From an uncultured Actinomycetota bacterium (GTDB taxonomy: Bacteria; Actinomycetota; Actinomycetes; JAFAQI01): a DNA stretch of 64,000 bases. Of this stretch, positions 21,122 through 31,695 are shown in pieces. The notes beneath the pieces are model-generated. The model saw only the letters and a program-made list of their open reading frames with translations. It was not told the DNA's origin and ran no database searches. The stretch's first letter is position 1. Each line of letters starts with the position of its first letter. The stretch spans positions 768,001 through 832,000 of the forward strand of contig CAVYQE010000001.1 of the NCBI GenBank assembly GCA_963770565.1. Direction: 5' to 3'. A program made the translations under genes and the position numbers.

Positions 21122-22516
21122 GTGACACGAATCGCGATCCTTGGTGGTGGGCCCGGTGGCTACGAGGCGGCGCTCGTTGCCGCGCAGCTCGGCGCTGACG
21201 TCGTGATCGTCGAGCGGGACGGGGTAGGCGGGGCATGTGTGCTCGCCGACTGCGTGCCGTCGAAGACGCTGATCGCGACGAGCGAGACGATCACTGGTTT
21301 CGCCGGCAGCGAGGCGCTCGGTGTGCGCCTGCGCAGCGGCGGCCGGGTGTCCGACCAGGTCTCGGTGGACGCGGTCGCGGTCAACAACCGGGTGAGGGCG
21401 CTCGCCAATGCGCAGTCGGTGGACATTGCGACCCGGCTCGGCGGTGAGGGCGTCGAGGTGATCACGGGGAGCGGGCGGTTCCGCAACCCACGTCAGATCG
21501 TCGTCACCTCCGGTGTCGAGGAGCGGGTCGTGGACACCGACGTGGTGCTGGTCGCAACCGGCGCGTCGCCACGGGTGTTGCGCGACGCGCCGCCGGACGG
21601 GGAGCGAATCCTGAACTGGCAGCAGATGTACGACCTGCCCGCACTGCCCGAGCACCTCGTCGTCGTCGGGTCCGGGGTCACCGGGGCCGAGTTCGCCAGC
21701 GCATACCTGGCGCTCGGCAGCGATGTCACGCTTGTGTCGAGCCGTGACCGGGTCATGCCGAGCGAGGACGCCGATGCGGCGCTGCTGATCGAGGAGGTGT
21801 TCACCCGGCGCGGCATGAACATCGTGCGCCAGGCCCGCGCTGCGGGCGTCGTACGAACGGCTACCGGCGTCGAAGTGGAGCTCGTCGATGGCCGCCGGGT
21901 GCAGGGCTCGCACTGTCTCGTCGCGGTGGGCTCGGTGCCCAACACCGCCGAGCTCGGGCTCGACCTCGCGGGTGTCGCGACCGATGCGGCCGGGCACGTC
22001 CTGGTGGACCGGGTCTCGCGGACGTCGACCCCGGGCATCTATGCGGCCGGCGACTGCACCGGCCTGCTGCTGCTCGCCTCGGTCGCGGCGATGCAGGGGC
22101 GGACCGCGATGTGGCATGCGCTGGGCGATGCGGTGGCGCCGCTGCGCCTGGCGACCGTGTCGGCGAACGTGTTCACCGACCCCGAGATCGCCACGGTCGG
22201 CCTGGTCTCGGTCGAGTCAGCCGCCGAGCGCGGCGGTGTGCGGGAGCTGAAGTTGGCGCTGGCCACCAATGCGCGGGCGAAGATGCAGGGCATCGAGGAC
22301 GGCTTCGTCAAGCTCTACTGCCGGCCGGGAACGGGCGCGGTGCTCGGCGGCGTCGTCGTCGCCCCGCGAGCCAGCGAGCTGATCCTTCCCGTGTCACTCG
22401 CGGTTCAGCACGGTCTCACCGTCGATCAGCTGTCGCACACGTTCACGATCTACCCGTCGATCAGCGGCAGCATCACCGAGGCCGCCCGCCTGCTCCACCT
22501 CGCGTCCTCCGACTAA
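21122..22516 (+). CDS. lpdA: NAD(P)H-quinone dehydrogenase (LpdA-type flavoprotein)
   Basis: GGGPGG, GGACVLADCVPSK, GSGVTGAEFA, YAAGDC, C-terminal YPSISG lacking His-Glu pair. Confidence 0.9.
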   Translation: MTRIAILGGGPGGYEAALVAAQLGADVVIVERDGVGGACVLADCVPSKTLIATSETITGFAGSEALGVRLRSGGRVSDQVSVDAVAVNNRVRALANAQSVDIATRLGGEGVEVITGSGRFRNPRQIVVTSGVEERVVDTDVVLVATGASPRVLRDAPPDGERILNWQQMYDLPALPEHLVVVGSGVTGAEFASAYLALGSDVTLVSSRDRVMPSEDADAALLIEEVFTRRGMNIVRQARAAGVVRTATGVEVELVDGRRVQGSHCLVAVGSVPNTAELGLDLAGVATDAAGHVLVDRVSRTSTPGIYAAGDCTGLLLLASVAAMQGRTAMWHALGDAVAPLRLATVSANVFTDPEIATVGLVSVESAAERGGVRELKLALATNARAKMQGIEDGFVKLYCRPGTGAVLGGVVVAPRASELILPVSLAVQHGLTVDQLSHTFTIYPSISGSITEAARLLHLASSD

Positions 22517-22529
22517 CCCCCGCCACGAA

Positions 22530-22961
22530 TCAACCAGACTCGGTCAAGCGCCGAATGGCACGGGTTGCAGCCTGTCGGACCCTCGGCAGGGGATCGTCTT
22601 GCAAGACGATGAGGAGCTCCAGCGCAACATCGAGGCGGTGCCTCGCAACGACCTTGGCGGCCATTTCTCGGGCCCGCCAAGCGTCGTCCGTAAGCGCATC
22701 GAGTACGGCTGATCTCGCTGAGTCGTTCCAATTCCACAGCAGTCCACGCAGCGCCCAGACTCGAAGCCAGTAGTCAGGCCCTGGTTCGCCGCTGGTGACC
22801 GCCCACTTCGCCGGCGGACCGCCTAAGCCGTAGACGATGCTGGGAGGGACGTTTTGGCCGGACAACAGGCGAATGCATGCGTCCACAACGACGTCCGGGC
22901 CATATTGAAGGCACAGAGCCTCGACACTGCGACGAGGGCCTGGCCACGTCGTTGAGCCCAT
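22530..22961 (-). CDS. HEAT-repeat-containing protein
   Basis: RVWALRGLLWNW, LTDDAWRAREMAAKVV, DPLPRVRQAA. Confidence 0.75.
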   Translation of the reverse strand: MGSTTWPGPRRSVEALCLQYGPDVVVDACIRLLSGQNVPPSIVYGLGGPPAKWAVTSGEPGPDYWLRVWALRGLLWNWNDSARSAVLDALTDDAWRAREMAAKVVARHRLDVALELLIVLQDDPLPRVRQAATRAIRRLTESG

Positions 22962-22991
22962 CGCCCCATTCTGCGACAAGACTAGCTTTCG

Positions 22992-23612
22992 TCATTGTTT
23001 GATGCGGAGGCTGCGGAGCATGCGCAAGACGTCGGTGCGGTCTTGGGGTGTCGCGGCTGGGCCGAGGCATGCGGTCAGGTCGAACCTCTCACCCGGGTAT
23101 CCCTGAGCGTCCTGCCGGACTGAGGCGTCCACCTCGGTGTCGGCGCCGGTCGCGCACCGTGACGTGGCCGGGCCGGTCCACACCTTCGCCGGCCGGCGGT
23201 CGATGGTCGTTGGCTTGCCGGGCAGTGTGCTCAGTGCCGGTCCAGCGGTTCCCGGGAACTCGGCATGGCTCCACAGCGCGATCACACCGTCAGTCGGAGT
23301 GCGCCAGTCAGCCGGGAACCAGTTCTGGGTGGTGCACACCGTCTGCGCGCGGCCGCTCGCGCAGGGACCGGTGAATCGGATGCTGCTGACGAACCGCGAT
23401 GGGAAGTAGACCGTGGCGGCGGTCCCTCGGTATGCCGTGGTGTACCAGCGCGCGGGCACTTGGACGGACGCCAGGCCATTCAGGGAAAGCGTGGTCCACG
23501 GACCCTCACTGATCGCCGCATCGCCCTGATTCGATGAGTCAGAGGCCTGCGTGCACCCGGACCCAAACACGACCAACGCCAGCGCCAGCGCAGACGCCCA
23601 GACGCGACTCAC
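22992..23612 (-). CDS. Hypothetical lipoprotein
   Basis: Hydrophobic N-terminus ending GSGC; Cys pairs; TAGCGT -10 just upstream. Confidence 0.6.
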   Translation of the reverse strand: MSRVWASALALALVVFGSGCTQASDSSNQGDAAISEGPWTTLSLNGLASVQVPARWYTTAYRGTAATVYFPSRFVSSIRFTGPCASGRAQTVCTTQNWFPADWRTPTDGVIALWSHAEFPGTAGPALSTLPGKPTTIDRRPAKVWTGPATSRCATGADTEVDASVRQDAQGYPGERFDLTACLGPAATPQDRTDVLRMLRSLRIKQ

Positions 23613-23762
23613 AATGAAGAGACGCTATCCCCGCGAGTTCGGTTCCGCCGCCGTGAGCAGAGGCGCTGCAGCACACCTCGGGCGTTCTTGATGGCCAGGA
23701 GCGTTGGAACAGCGGGAAACTCGGGGCGAATTCGGCTTGGTGGGCGGTGTCAGGATGGTGGC

Positions 23763-24536
23763 GTGTCTGATCGTGCGCTGAGCTTTGGTGCGGTGGCGGA
23801 AGCGTATGAACGGTTCCGACCGGCGTACCCGGAGGAGCTCTTCGACGCGGTCATGACCTACGCGGGTCAGCCGATTCGGTGTGCGTTGGAGATCGGTGCT
23901 GGCACCGGCAAGGCAACTCGGCTCTTTGCTCAACACGGGGTTGCGGTTACCGCGACCGAGCCTGATGCGGCGATGCTTGCCGAACTGCGCACGCACGTTC
24001 CGGCAACGGTCAAGACTGTCCAGGCCGCGTTCGAAGACCTGCCGCTCAACGAGACCTACGAGCTGGTCTACGCCGCTGCCGCGCTTCATTGGACTGATCC
24101 CGTGGACCGGTGGTCGCGGATCGCTGCGTTGTTGGAGCCGGGCGGGGTGTTTGCCTCGTTCGGCGGACCGGTTCATCTCGCCGATCCAGAGGTGGAGGAG
24201 GCCGTGCGTACGGCCCGGGCACCGTTCCTGGACAGCGACGAGGTCGCATCCCCGGACGACACACCTGCAGAGGATCCGATGCAGTGGCCGGGCTCGGAGC
24301 TGCAACGCTCAGCGTTGTTCACCGACGTCGAGCAGTCCTTCATCGAGCGACGCTTGACCATGAGTGCCGGCGACTACGTCGGTCACCTCTCAACCATCTC
24401 GGCCTACCTCCAACTGCCGACCTTGGAGCAGGACCAGGTCTATCGCCGGATCGAGCAGGTTCTCCCTGACAACGTCGAGGTCGTCGCCGACATCACGGTC
24501 CATCTCGCGCGCCGCTGTCAGCCGCTCAGATGCTGA
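23763..24536 (+). CDS. Class I SAM-dependent methyltransferase
   Basis: SFGAVAEAYERFRPAYP, LEIGAGTGKAT, AALHW. Confidence 0.9.
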   Translation: MSDRALSFGAVAEAYERFRPAYPEELFDAVMTYAGQPIRCALEIGAGTGKATRLFAQHGVAVTATEPDAAMLAELRTHVPATVKTVQAAFEDLPLNETYELVYAAAALHWTDPVDRWSRIAALLEPGGVFASFGGPVHLADPEVEEAVRTARAPFLDSDEVASPDDTPAEDPMQWPGSELQRSALFTDVEQSFIERRLTMSAGDYVGHLSTISAYLQLPTLEQDQVYRRIEQVLPDNVEVVADITVHLARRCQPLRC

Positions 24537-25432
24537 CCGAGGAACGCAAGCGCCGGCATCGCCTGACTCCCGAAGAACGCATCGTTGTGGAGCCCGGGCG
24601 GGAAGAGCACCTGCGATCCGGCGGGGAGATGTTGCTTGAGCACCTCGACGTAGGGGTGGAACGGATCGTCCCGTCCTGACGCGATGCGAACGGGTATCCC
24701 GCGCAGCGCCGACGCGTGCGTGATGACGTCGTGCGCCGCGAAGTCGGTCGCGCTGGTGAAGGCGTCCGGGTTGGCGTTCTGCGAGTCGGCGTAGGTCGTC
24801 CAGACCGCCGGGCTGATCGGCGCCACGGCGGCGACCATGGCGGGGCGCTCCTCCGCGAGCAGCAGGGCGCCGTACCCACCCATCGACTCACCCGTCAGCC
24901 CGAGCTTGCGGTGGACGCCGACGCCTAATCCGAGCCGGTGGCATCGCGGCAGGAACTCGGTGAGGAGCATGCGCATCGGGTCATCACCCGGATGGGCGTG
25001 CCAGTAGCCGTTCCCTCCGTCGACCGCCGCGATCGCCATCGCCGGCAACGACCGGCCGTTGAGTGTCGCCGCCAGCAAATGCACCGGCTGCACCGGCCCG
25101 ATCGGGTACGCGTGCGTACCGGCGAAACCGTGCAGCGCCAGCACGAGTGGGAGGCGGTCCCCCGAGCGGTAGCCAGGGGGATAGCTGATCGTCCATCCGA
25201 CCGTGGTCCCGCGGGCGGCCGAGTAGAACGTGCCGCTGACTGCAGAGCCCGGCGGGCGATAAGCCACATCGGGCTGATCAACCTTGGTACGGCCCAACAG
25301 CTCGTCCAGCCGGACCTTGCCCGGTACGGCACCACGCTCGACGAGCTCGTACCCGCCACCCATTGCGCCCAGCAGCGCTACCCCAATGCCGCCGATGACG
25401 ACCTTGCGCCGCCCCACGCGCCGGTCAGCCAC
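24518..25432 (-). CDS. Exported alpha/beta hydrolase (esterase family)
   Basis: RR-containing signal, LALHG, GESMGG nucleophile, GRDDPF, GLHN. Confidence 0.85.
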   Translation of the reverse strand: MADRRVGRRKVVIGGIGVALLGAMGGGYELVERGAVPGKVRLDELLGRTKVDQPDVAYRPPGSAVSGTFYSAARGTTVGWTISYPPGYRSGDRLPLVLALHGFAGTHAYPIGPVQPVHLLAATLNGRSLPAMAIAAVDGGNGYWHAHPGDDPMRMLLTEFLPRCHRLGLGVGVHRKLGLTGESMGGYGALLLAEERPAMVAAVAPISPAVWTTYADSQNANPDAFTSATDFAAHDVITHASALRGIPVRIASGRDDPFHPYVEVLKQHLPAGSQVLFPPGLHNDAFFGSQAMPALAFLGQHLSG

Positions 25433-25452
25433 CTCCGGACGCTATCCCGCTC

Positions 25453-27198
25453 CTAGGTCGGTTCGACGATTCGGCAGAGCGTTTCACCGGGGCTGACCAC
25501 GTTGCCGATCGTGGCGGTGAGATCAGCAACCGTCCCGGACCGATGCGCGTTGATGGGCTGCTCCATCTTCATCGCTTCGAGGACGACGATCAGGTCCCCG
25601 GCTTCGACCATTGCGCCGTCCTCGACTGCGACCTTGACGATCGTGCCCTGCATCGGCGCGGTGAGGGCATCTCCGTCGGCGGTGGCCTTCGAGGAGCTCG
25701 CGCGATGCGACGGCGGCTTGCCGCGGTGGGCGGTGCCGCCGACGCCAAGCCCTTCCGGCAGCGTGACCTCGAACCGCCGGCCGCCGACCTCGACCGTGAC
25801 CTGGTCCCGTCCGGCAACCGCCGCCGAGCCGCCCGGGGGAGCGACGTAAGGCTCGACCGACCCGGTCCACTCGGTCTCGATCCATCGGGTGTGGACCGAG
25901 AACGGCTCGCTGGTGAACGCGGGATCGGCCAGCACCGCACGGTGGAAAGCGATGATCGTCGGCATCCCACCGACGTCGAACTCGTCGAGTGCTCGCCTCG
26001 ATCGCGCGATGGCCTCCGCGCGGTTCGCACCGGTCACGACCAGCTTCGCCAGCAACGAGTCGAACGCGGCCGGAACGGTGTCACCGACGACGTAGCCGGC
26101 ATCGACCCGTACGCCGGGACCCGACGGGGGCTGCCAGGCCGTGATTGTTCCGGGCGCAGGAAGGAACCCTCGACCGGCGTCCTCGGCGTTGATCCGGAAC
26201 TCGATCGAGTGGCCCCGGGGGATCGGGTCGGTCGCGGCGATGTGCTGGCCGTCGGCAATCGCGAACTGTGCGAGCACCAGGTCGACGCCACTGGTCTGCT
26301 CAGTGACCGGGTGCTCGACCTGCAACCGGGTGTTGACCTCGAGGAAGGAGATCGTGCCGTCCTGCGCAACCAGGAACTCGCAGGTGCCGGCACCGACGTA
26401 GCCGGCCGCAGCGGCGATCGCCTTGCTCGCGGCGTACAGCTGGCCGCGCTGGTCGTCGGTGAGGAACGGCGCCGGTGCTTCCTCGACCACCTTCTGGTGG
26501 CGCCGTTGCAGCGAACAGTCCCGGGTGCCGACCACGACGACCTGACCGTGCTGGTCGGCGAGCAGCTGGGTTTCGACGTGGCGCGGTTTGTCGAGGTAGC
26601 GCTCGACGAAACACTCGCCACGGCCGAACGCCGCGATCGCCTCGCGGACCGCGCTGTCGAACAGCTCGGGGATTTCCTCGCGGGTGCGCGCCACCTTCAG
26701 TCCGCGCCCGCCTCCACCGAAGGCCGCCTTCACCGCGACCGGCAACCCATGCGCGTCGACGAAGGCGAGCACCTCGTCGACCCCGGCAACCGGGTTGGGC
26801 GTGCCCGGGGTCAGTGGCGCACCGACGTCCGCGGCGATGTGTCGGGCCTTGACCTTGTCGCCGAGCGCGTCGATCGCGGCCGGCGGCGGTCCGATCCAGG
26901 TCAGGCCGGCATCGATAACCGCGGCCGCAAACGCCGCGTTCTCGGACAGGAAGCCGTACCCGGGGTGGATCGCATCCGCGCCTGATCGCTTGGCGATGTC
27001 GAGCACCTTGGCGATGTCGAGGTAGGTCTCGCCCGGCGTGCTGCCGCCGAGCGCGTAGGCCTCGTCGGCCAGTCGTACATGCTGCGCGTCGAGGTCCGCA
27101 TCGGCGTAGATCGCCACGCTCGTCAGCCCGGCGTCGCGACAAGCCCGGGCCACCCGTACCGCGATCTCGGCGCGGTTGGCGATCAGGACCTTCTGCAT
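25453..27198 (-). CDS. accA: Acyl-CoA carboxylase alpha subunit (biotin carboxylase + BCCP)
   Basis: [45 protein letters not shown]. Confidence 0.96.
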   Translation of the reverse strand: MQKVLIANRAEIAVRVARACRDAGLTSVAIYADADLDAQHVRLADEAYALGGSTPGETYLDIAKVLDIAKRSGADAIHPGYGFLSENAAFAAAVIDAGLTWIGPPPAAIDALGDKVKARHIAADVGAPLTPGTPNPVAGVDEVLAFVDAHGLPVAVKAAFGGGGRGLKVARTREEIPELFDSAVREAIAAFGRGECFVERYLDKPRHVETQLLADQHGQVVVVGTRDCSLQRRHQKVVEEAPAPFLTDDQRGQLYAASKAIAAAAGYVGAGTCEFLVAQDGTISFLEVNTRLQVEHPVTEQTSGVDLVLAQFAIADGQHIAATDPIPRGHSIEFRINAEDAGRGFLPAPGTITAWQPPSGPGVRVDAGYVVGDTVPAAFDSLLAKLVVTGANRAEAIARSRRALDEFDVGGMPTIIAFHRAVLADPAFTSEPFSVHTRWIETEWTGSVEPYVAPPGGSAAVAGRDQVTVEVGGRRFEVTLPEGLGVGGTAHRGKPPSHRASSSKATADGDALTAPMQGTIVKVAVEDGAMVEAGDLIVVLEAMKMEQPINAHRSGTVADLTATIGNVVSPGETLCRIVEPT

Positions 27199-27240
27199 CC
27201 CCAGACTCTATTGATTGACGGCGCGTGGCATGCTCCCCGC

Positions 27241-28410
27241 GTGAACGAGATGCCCTTCTCCAACTTCCAGAACGAGATCTATCTCAACGGCACAGTCGGC
27301 ATCGTTCCGGACTTTCCGGTCGAGTCGGCCGCGTTGGAGGCGGCCGCGAAGGAGCGGTTCGCCCCAGAGGCCTTCGGCTACGTCGCGGGCAGCGCCGGAT
27401 CGGAGACGACCGCCCGGGCCAACCGGGCCGCGTTCGACCGCTGGCGGATCGTGCCGAGGTTCCTGCGCGACGTCTCCGTCCGCGACCTCTCGACGTCGGT
27501 GCTCGGCACCGCGATGCCGGCGCCGGTCGCGCTGGCACCGGTGGGAGTGCAGGGGATCGTGCATCCCGACGCCGAGATTGCTGTCGCCAAGGCGGCGGCG
27601 AGCCTGCACCTGCCGATGGCGCTGTCAACCGTGTCGTCGTACCGGATGGAAGACGTCGCCGCCGCGGGTGGTGACTCGCCGCGCTGGTTCCAGCTGTACT
27701 GGCCGAAGGATCGCGATGTCGGCGCATCGCTGCTCGCCCGGGCTAAGGCGGCCGGCTTCTCCGCGTTGCTGCTCACCCTGGACACCTTCACCCTGGCCTG
27801 GCGGCCGCGGGACCTTGCCCATGCCTTCCTGCCGTTCTTGCAGGGTCTCGGGCTGGCGAACTACGAGAGCGACCCGGCCTTCCTCGCCGGACTGGAGAAG
27901 TCGCCGCGGGAGGACCCGACCGCGTCGATCCTGCACTGGCAATCGATGTTCGGCGATCCGAGCAACACCTGGTCGGACCTGGCCTGGGTCCGTGAGCACT
28001 GGGACGGCCCGATCGCGCTGAAGGGCGTGCTGCACCCGGACGATGCGCGGCGCGGGATCGATGCCGGCGTCGAGGGGATCCTGGTCTCCAACCACGGCGG
28101 CCGGCAGATCGACGGCGAGATCGCCGCATTCGAGGCATTGCCGGACATCGTCTCGGCGGTGGCCGGTCGAGCCGATGTGCTGCTGGACTCCGGCGTGCGG
28201 ACCGGCTCGGACGTCCTGAAGGCGGTCGCGCTGGGCGCGTCGGCGGTCCTGATCGGCCGCCCGTACATCTACGGGCTCGGTCTTGGCGGCGAGGCCGGCG
28301 TGCGGCACGTGCTGCGCAGCCTGCTCGCCGAGCTCGAGTTGACGATGGCGCTGGCGGGCTGCGCGTCGCTCTCAGATGTCGGGCCGGAGCTACTGACCCG
28401 TATACCGTGA
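27241..28410 (+). CDS. FMN-dependent alpha-hydroxy acid oxidase (lactate 2-monooxygenase-like)
   Basis: LAPVG, WFQLYWP, LKG, SNHGGRQ, DSGVR, GRPY. Confidence 0.9.
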   Translation: MNEMPFSNFQNEIYLNGTVGIVPDFPVESAALEAAAKERFAPEAFGYVAGSAGSETTARANRAAFDRWRIVPRFLRDVSVRDLSTSVLGTAMPAPVALAPVGVQGIVHPDAEIAVAKAAASLHLPMALSTVSSYRMEDVAAAGGDSPRWFQLYWPKDRDVGASLLARAKAAGFSALLLTLDTFTLAWRPRDLAHAFLPFLQGLGLANYESDPAFLAGLEKSPREDPTASILHWQSMFGDPSNTWSDLAWVREHWDGPIALKGVLHPDDARRGIDAGVEGILVSNHGGRQIDGEIAAFEALPDIVSAVAGRADVLLDSGVRTGSDVLKAVALGASAVLIGRPYIYGLGLGGEAGVRHVLRSLLAELELTMALAGCASLSDVGPELLTRIP

Positions 28411-28414
28411 TCGC

Positions 28415-29275
28415 GTGGCGGACTCACCAGCAGGCTTGGCGGGGCTGCGTTTTCGGCGCCTGCACGAGGGCACCCGGGTCCGTTCCGCCGCTGGCATGCC
28501 GGTGCTGGACCGGCTCTACGACATCTGGGAACGCCGGGACGTCTTGCGCATGCTCACCGAGCGCGGGCTGCGGCAGAAGTACGCCGGCTCGGTGCTCGGC
28601 TACGCGTGGTCGCTGCTCGAACCTGCCCTGCTGATCGCGACGTACTTCCTGCTTCTCAAGATCTTCCACAAGAGCTATCCGATGTACCCGCTGTTCATCG
28701 CCTCGACGATCCTGCCCTGGCAGTGGTTCGCCTCGACCGTGACCTCCTCGACCACGACCCTCCGGCAGAACTCGCGGCTGATCACCTCGATCGCGCTGCC
28801 CCGCGAGATCTATCCGCTCGCCGATGTGCTGGTCAAGACGATCGAGTTCGCGTTGAGCCTGCCGATCATCCTGATCGTCGCGTTGATCTACGGCGTCCGA
28901 CCCTCCGGCTTCGTCTATGCACTTCCGCTGGTGCTGGTGCTCGAGCTGATGATCTGTGTCGGCATGGCGATGCTGGTCTCGGCGCTCAACACCGTGCTGC
29001 GCGACGTGCAGCGCGGGATCGGCATCTTCATCCGGATGATGTTCTACCTGGTCCCGGCGTTGTATCCGTTGCAGCGGTTGACCGGCTCGATGCGCCGACT
29101 GGACTCCTACAACCCGATGGTCGGCATCCTCGAGGTGAACCGTGCGGTGTGGCTGCCCGGCTACTGGACCAGCTGGCGCCCGGTGTACTTCTCCGTGATC
29201 GGCGCGTTCGTGATCCTGATCCTCGGTTTCACGGTGTTCAGCCGGGTCGAGCGGCTCGTCCTCAAGGAGCTGTGA
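28415..29275 (+). CDS. ABC-2 polysaccharide/teichoic acid export permease (Wzm/TagG-like)
   Basis: YAGSVLGYAWSLLEP, LPREIYP, RDV, YNPM. Confidence 0.92.
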   Translation: MADSPAGLAGLRFRRLHEGTRVRSAAGMPVLDRLYDIWERRDVLRMLTERGLRQKYAGSVLGYAWSLLEPALLIATYFLLLKIFHKSYPMYPLFIASTILPWQWFASTVTSSTTTLRQNSRLITSIALPREIYPLADVLVKTIEFALSLPIILIVALIYGVRPSGFVYALPLVLVLELMICVGMAMLVSALNTVLRDVQRGIGIFIRMMFYLVPALYPLQRLTGSMRRLDSYNPMVGILEVNRAVWLPGYWTSWRPVYFSVIGAFVILILGFTVFSRVERLVLKEL

Positions 29276-29278
29276 GGC

Positions 29279-30013
29279 GTGGGCGATGCCATTGCGGTCC
29301 ACGATCTGGGGATCAAGTTCGCGCTCAACCGGCGGCGCCGGCTCGAGCTGAAGAACCTGTTCATCGAGGGGCTTTCGGCAACCGGCACCGAATACTGGGC
29401 GCTGCGGCACGTGTCGTTCACGGTGGCCAAGGGCGAGTCGGTCGGGGTCATCGGGCGCAACGGCTGCGGCAAGAGCACGCTGTTGCGGCTCGTGGCCGGC
29501 GTCATGCTCCCGGACGAGGGTGTGATCGAGGTCAACGGCGGCGTTGGCGCGATGATCGAGTTGTCCGCAGGTTTCGTCGGCGACCTCACGGCCCGCGAGA
29601 ACGTGTACCTGATCTCGTCGCTGCACGGCTTCAGCCGCGAGCAGACCGATGAACGATTCGACGAGATCATGCGGTGGGCCGGTGTCGCGAGGTTCGTCGA
29701 TACGCCGGTCATGCACTTCTCGAGCGGCATGAAGGCGCGGCTGGCCTTCTCGATCGTGACCCGGATGGAAGAACCGATCCTGCTCGTCGACGAGGTCCTC
29801 GCCGTCGGCGACAAGGCGTTCCGTCGCAAGTGCGGGATCGTGATCGACCGGATGCTCGGCGAGGGGCGAACCATGCTGCTCGTCTCGCACAACGAGAACG
29901 ACCTGCGCCGCTGGTGCAGTCGCGGCATCTACCTCCGCCGCGATCAGCCGCTCGTCACCGGGCCGATCGAGGACATCCTCGAGATGTATCTCGACGAAGA
30001 CGACAACACGTGA
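29279..30013 (+). CDS. ABC exporter ATP-binding subunit (Wzt/TagH-like)
   Basis: GRNGCGKSTL, FSSGMKARLAF, LVDEVLAVGD, VSH. Confidence 0.94.
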   Translation: MGDAIAVHDLGIKFALNRRRRLELKNLFIEGLSATGTEYWALRHVSFTVAKGESVGVIGRNGCGKSTLLRLVAGVMLPDEGVIEVNGGVGAMIELSAGFVGDLTARENVYLISSLHGFSREQTDERFDEIMRWAGVARFVDTPVMHFSSGMKARLAFSIVTRMEEPILLVDEVLAVGDKAFRRKCGIVIDRMLGEGRTMLLVSHNENDLRRWCSRGIYLRRDQPLVTGPIEDILEMYLDEDDNT

Positions 30014-30792
30014 GCTCGCCCCGACCAACGCTCAGCGAGCTACGCGTCGTGGCCCAGCCCGAATCGACGGTCCGGCGGGCCAGCGGCGAGCACTGGACCG
30101 GCGGGCTCTACATGCGGCACCTGTCGATCCGGGCGACGCGACTCCTGATCCCGACCCGGGTATCGGCGAATGCCTTGACCTGGCTGATGCTCGCGACCGG
30201 CATCGCGGCGGCCGTGGTGCTCACCGTGCCGCACCTGTGGGCGGCGGTGGTGACGCTCGCGCTGATCCAGTTCCAGGCCTTGCTGGACTGCATGGACGGC
30301 GAGCTCGCCCGCTGGCGGCAGCGCACCGGTCCGATCGGGATCTACGTCGACCGGCTCGGCCACTACGTCACCGACGGCTGCCTCGCCGTCGCGGTGGGCG
30401 TGCACGCCGACGGCGGGCTCGGCTCGATCGACGGCTGGACCATCGTGGGTCTTGCGGCCGGGTTCCTGATCCTGTTGACCAAGGCTGAGACCGATCTCGT
30501 CCACGTCGCGCGGGCGCAAAGCGGACGAGAGCGGATCCCCGACACGGTGGCGACCGCGACGTCGCACCAGACGGCCGTGCGCAGCCTGCGCTCGCTGGCC
30601 AAGCTGGTGCCGTTCAACCGCGTGCTGCTGGCGATCGAGATGTCGGTGCTCGTGCTGGTGGCCGCGGTCGTCGACGCCGTCCGTGGCGATCTCGGCGGCA
30701 TGCGAGTGCTCGACATCGCCTTGCTGGTCATTGCCGGGGTGGTCGCGGCCGGGCATTTGCTCGCCACGGTGACCTCGGATCGGTTGCGATGA
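30010..30792 (+). CDS. CDP-alcohol phosphatidyltransferase family protein
   Basis: SANALT, DCMDGELARW...GIYVD motif. Confidence 0.9.
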   Translation: MSSPRPTLSELRVVAQPESTVRRASGEHWTGGLYMRHLSIRATRLLIPTRVSANALTWLMLATGIAAAVVLTVPHLWAAVVTLALIQFQALLDCMDGELARWRQRTGPIGIYVDRLGHYVTDGCLAVAVGVHADGGLGSIDGWTIVGLAAGFLILLTKAETDLVHVARAQSGRERIPDTVATATSHQTAVRSLRSLAKLVPFNRVLLAIEMSVLVLVAAVVDAVRGDLGGMRVLDIALLVIAGVVAAGHLLATVTSDRLR

Positions 30793-31649
30793 CCTGGATC
30801 GGTTGCGTCATCCTCAGCCAGGGCAACCGGCCGGCGGAGTTGGCGAGGGCCCTGGACTCGGTGCTGACGCAGACCGGCGTGGCGGTCGAGTGCGTGGTGG
30901 TCGGCAACGGGTGGACGCCGACCGGCCTGCCGGTCGGCGTCGGGTCGGTGCCCTTGGTCGAGAACGTCGGAATCCCGTCCGGGCGCAATATCGGCGCCGC
31001 CAACGTCCGCGGTGACGTGTTGCTGTTCCTCGACGACGACGCCGTGCTGGTGGGGACCGATCTGCTCAACCGGGCGGTCGCGCAGTTCGACGCCGATCCC
31101 AGCCTCGGCGTGCTGCAGCCGCGTGCGGTCGAGCCCACTGGGCTCCCGACCGCCCGCCGGCACGTCCCGCGGGTCGGCGGGCGGCACCCCGACACGTCCG
31201 GCGACGTCGCGTGGTTCTGGGAAGGTGCGTCGCTGATCCGTCGTACCGCGTTCGAGGCTTGTGGTGGTTGGCCGGGGAAGTTCTTCTACGGCCATGAAGG
31301 GATCGAGGTGGCCTGGCGCGTCGTCGACGCGGGCTACCGGATCCGGTACGACGCGCAGCTCGAGGTGCTCAACCCGGACGCTGAGCCCTTCCGCGGCACC
31401 CACGGTCCGTACCGGAACGCGCGTAACCGGGTGTGGGTGGCCCGGCGCAATCTGCCGGTGCCGCTCCTGTTCGGCTACCTGCTGGTGTGGGGCATCGCCA
31501 CCTTCGCCCGGGTGCGCAGCGCCTCCGCATTGCGGCAAACTGTGCGCGGATTCATCGACGGAGTCCGGCGACCGGCCGGCAAGCGGCGACCGATCCGGTG
31601 GCGGACCGCGTGGCGTCTCACCTGGTTGGGGCGCCCCCCGGTGGTTTAG
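30789..31649 (+). CDS. Glycosyltransferase family 2
   Basis: VVVGNG, ENVGIPSGRN, FLDDDA, FFYGHE, RNRVW. Confidence 0.92.
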   Translation: MTWIGCVILSQGNRPAELARALDSVLTQTGVAVECVVVGNGWTPTGLPVGVGSVPLVENVGIPSGRNIGAANVRGDVLLFLDDDAVLVGTDLLNRAVAQFDADPSLGVLQPRAVEPTGLPTARRHVPRVGGRHPDTSGDVAWFWEGASLIRRTAFEACGGWPGKFFYGHEGIEVAWRVVDAGYRIRYDAQLEVLNPDAEPFRGTHGPYRNARNRVWVARRNLPVPLLFGYLLVWGIATFARVRSASALRQTVRGFIDGVRRPAGKRRPIRWRTAWRLTWLGRPPVV

Positions 31650-31695
31650 CCAACCTCGCTCGGGCGTTCCGCGAGGACGGTAGGCTGCGCGCGAA

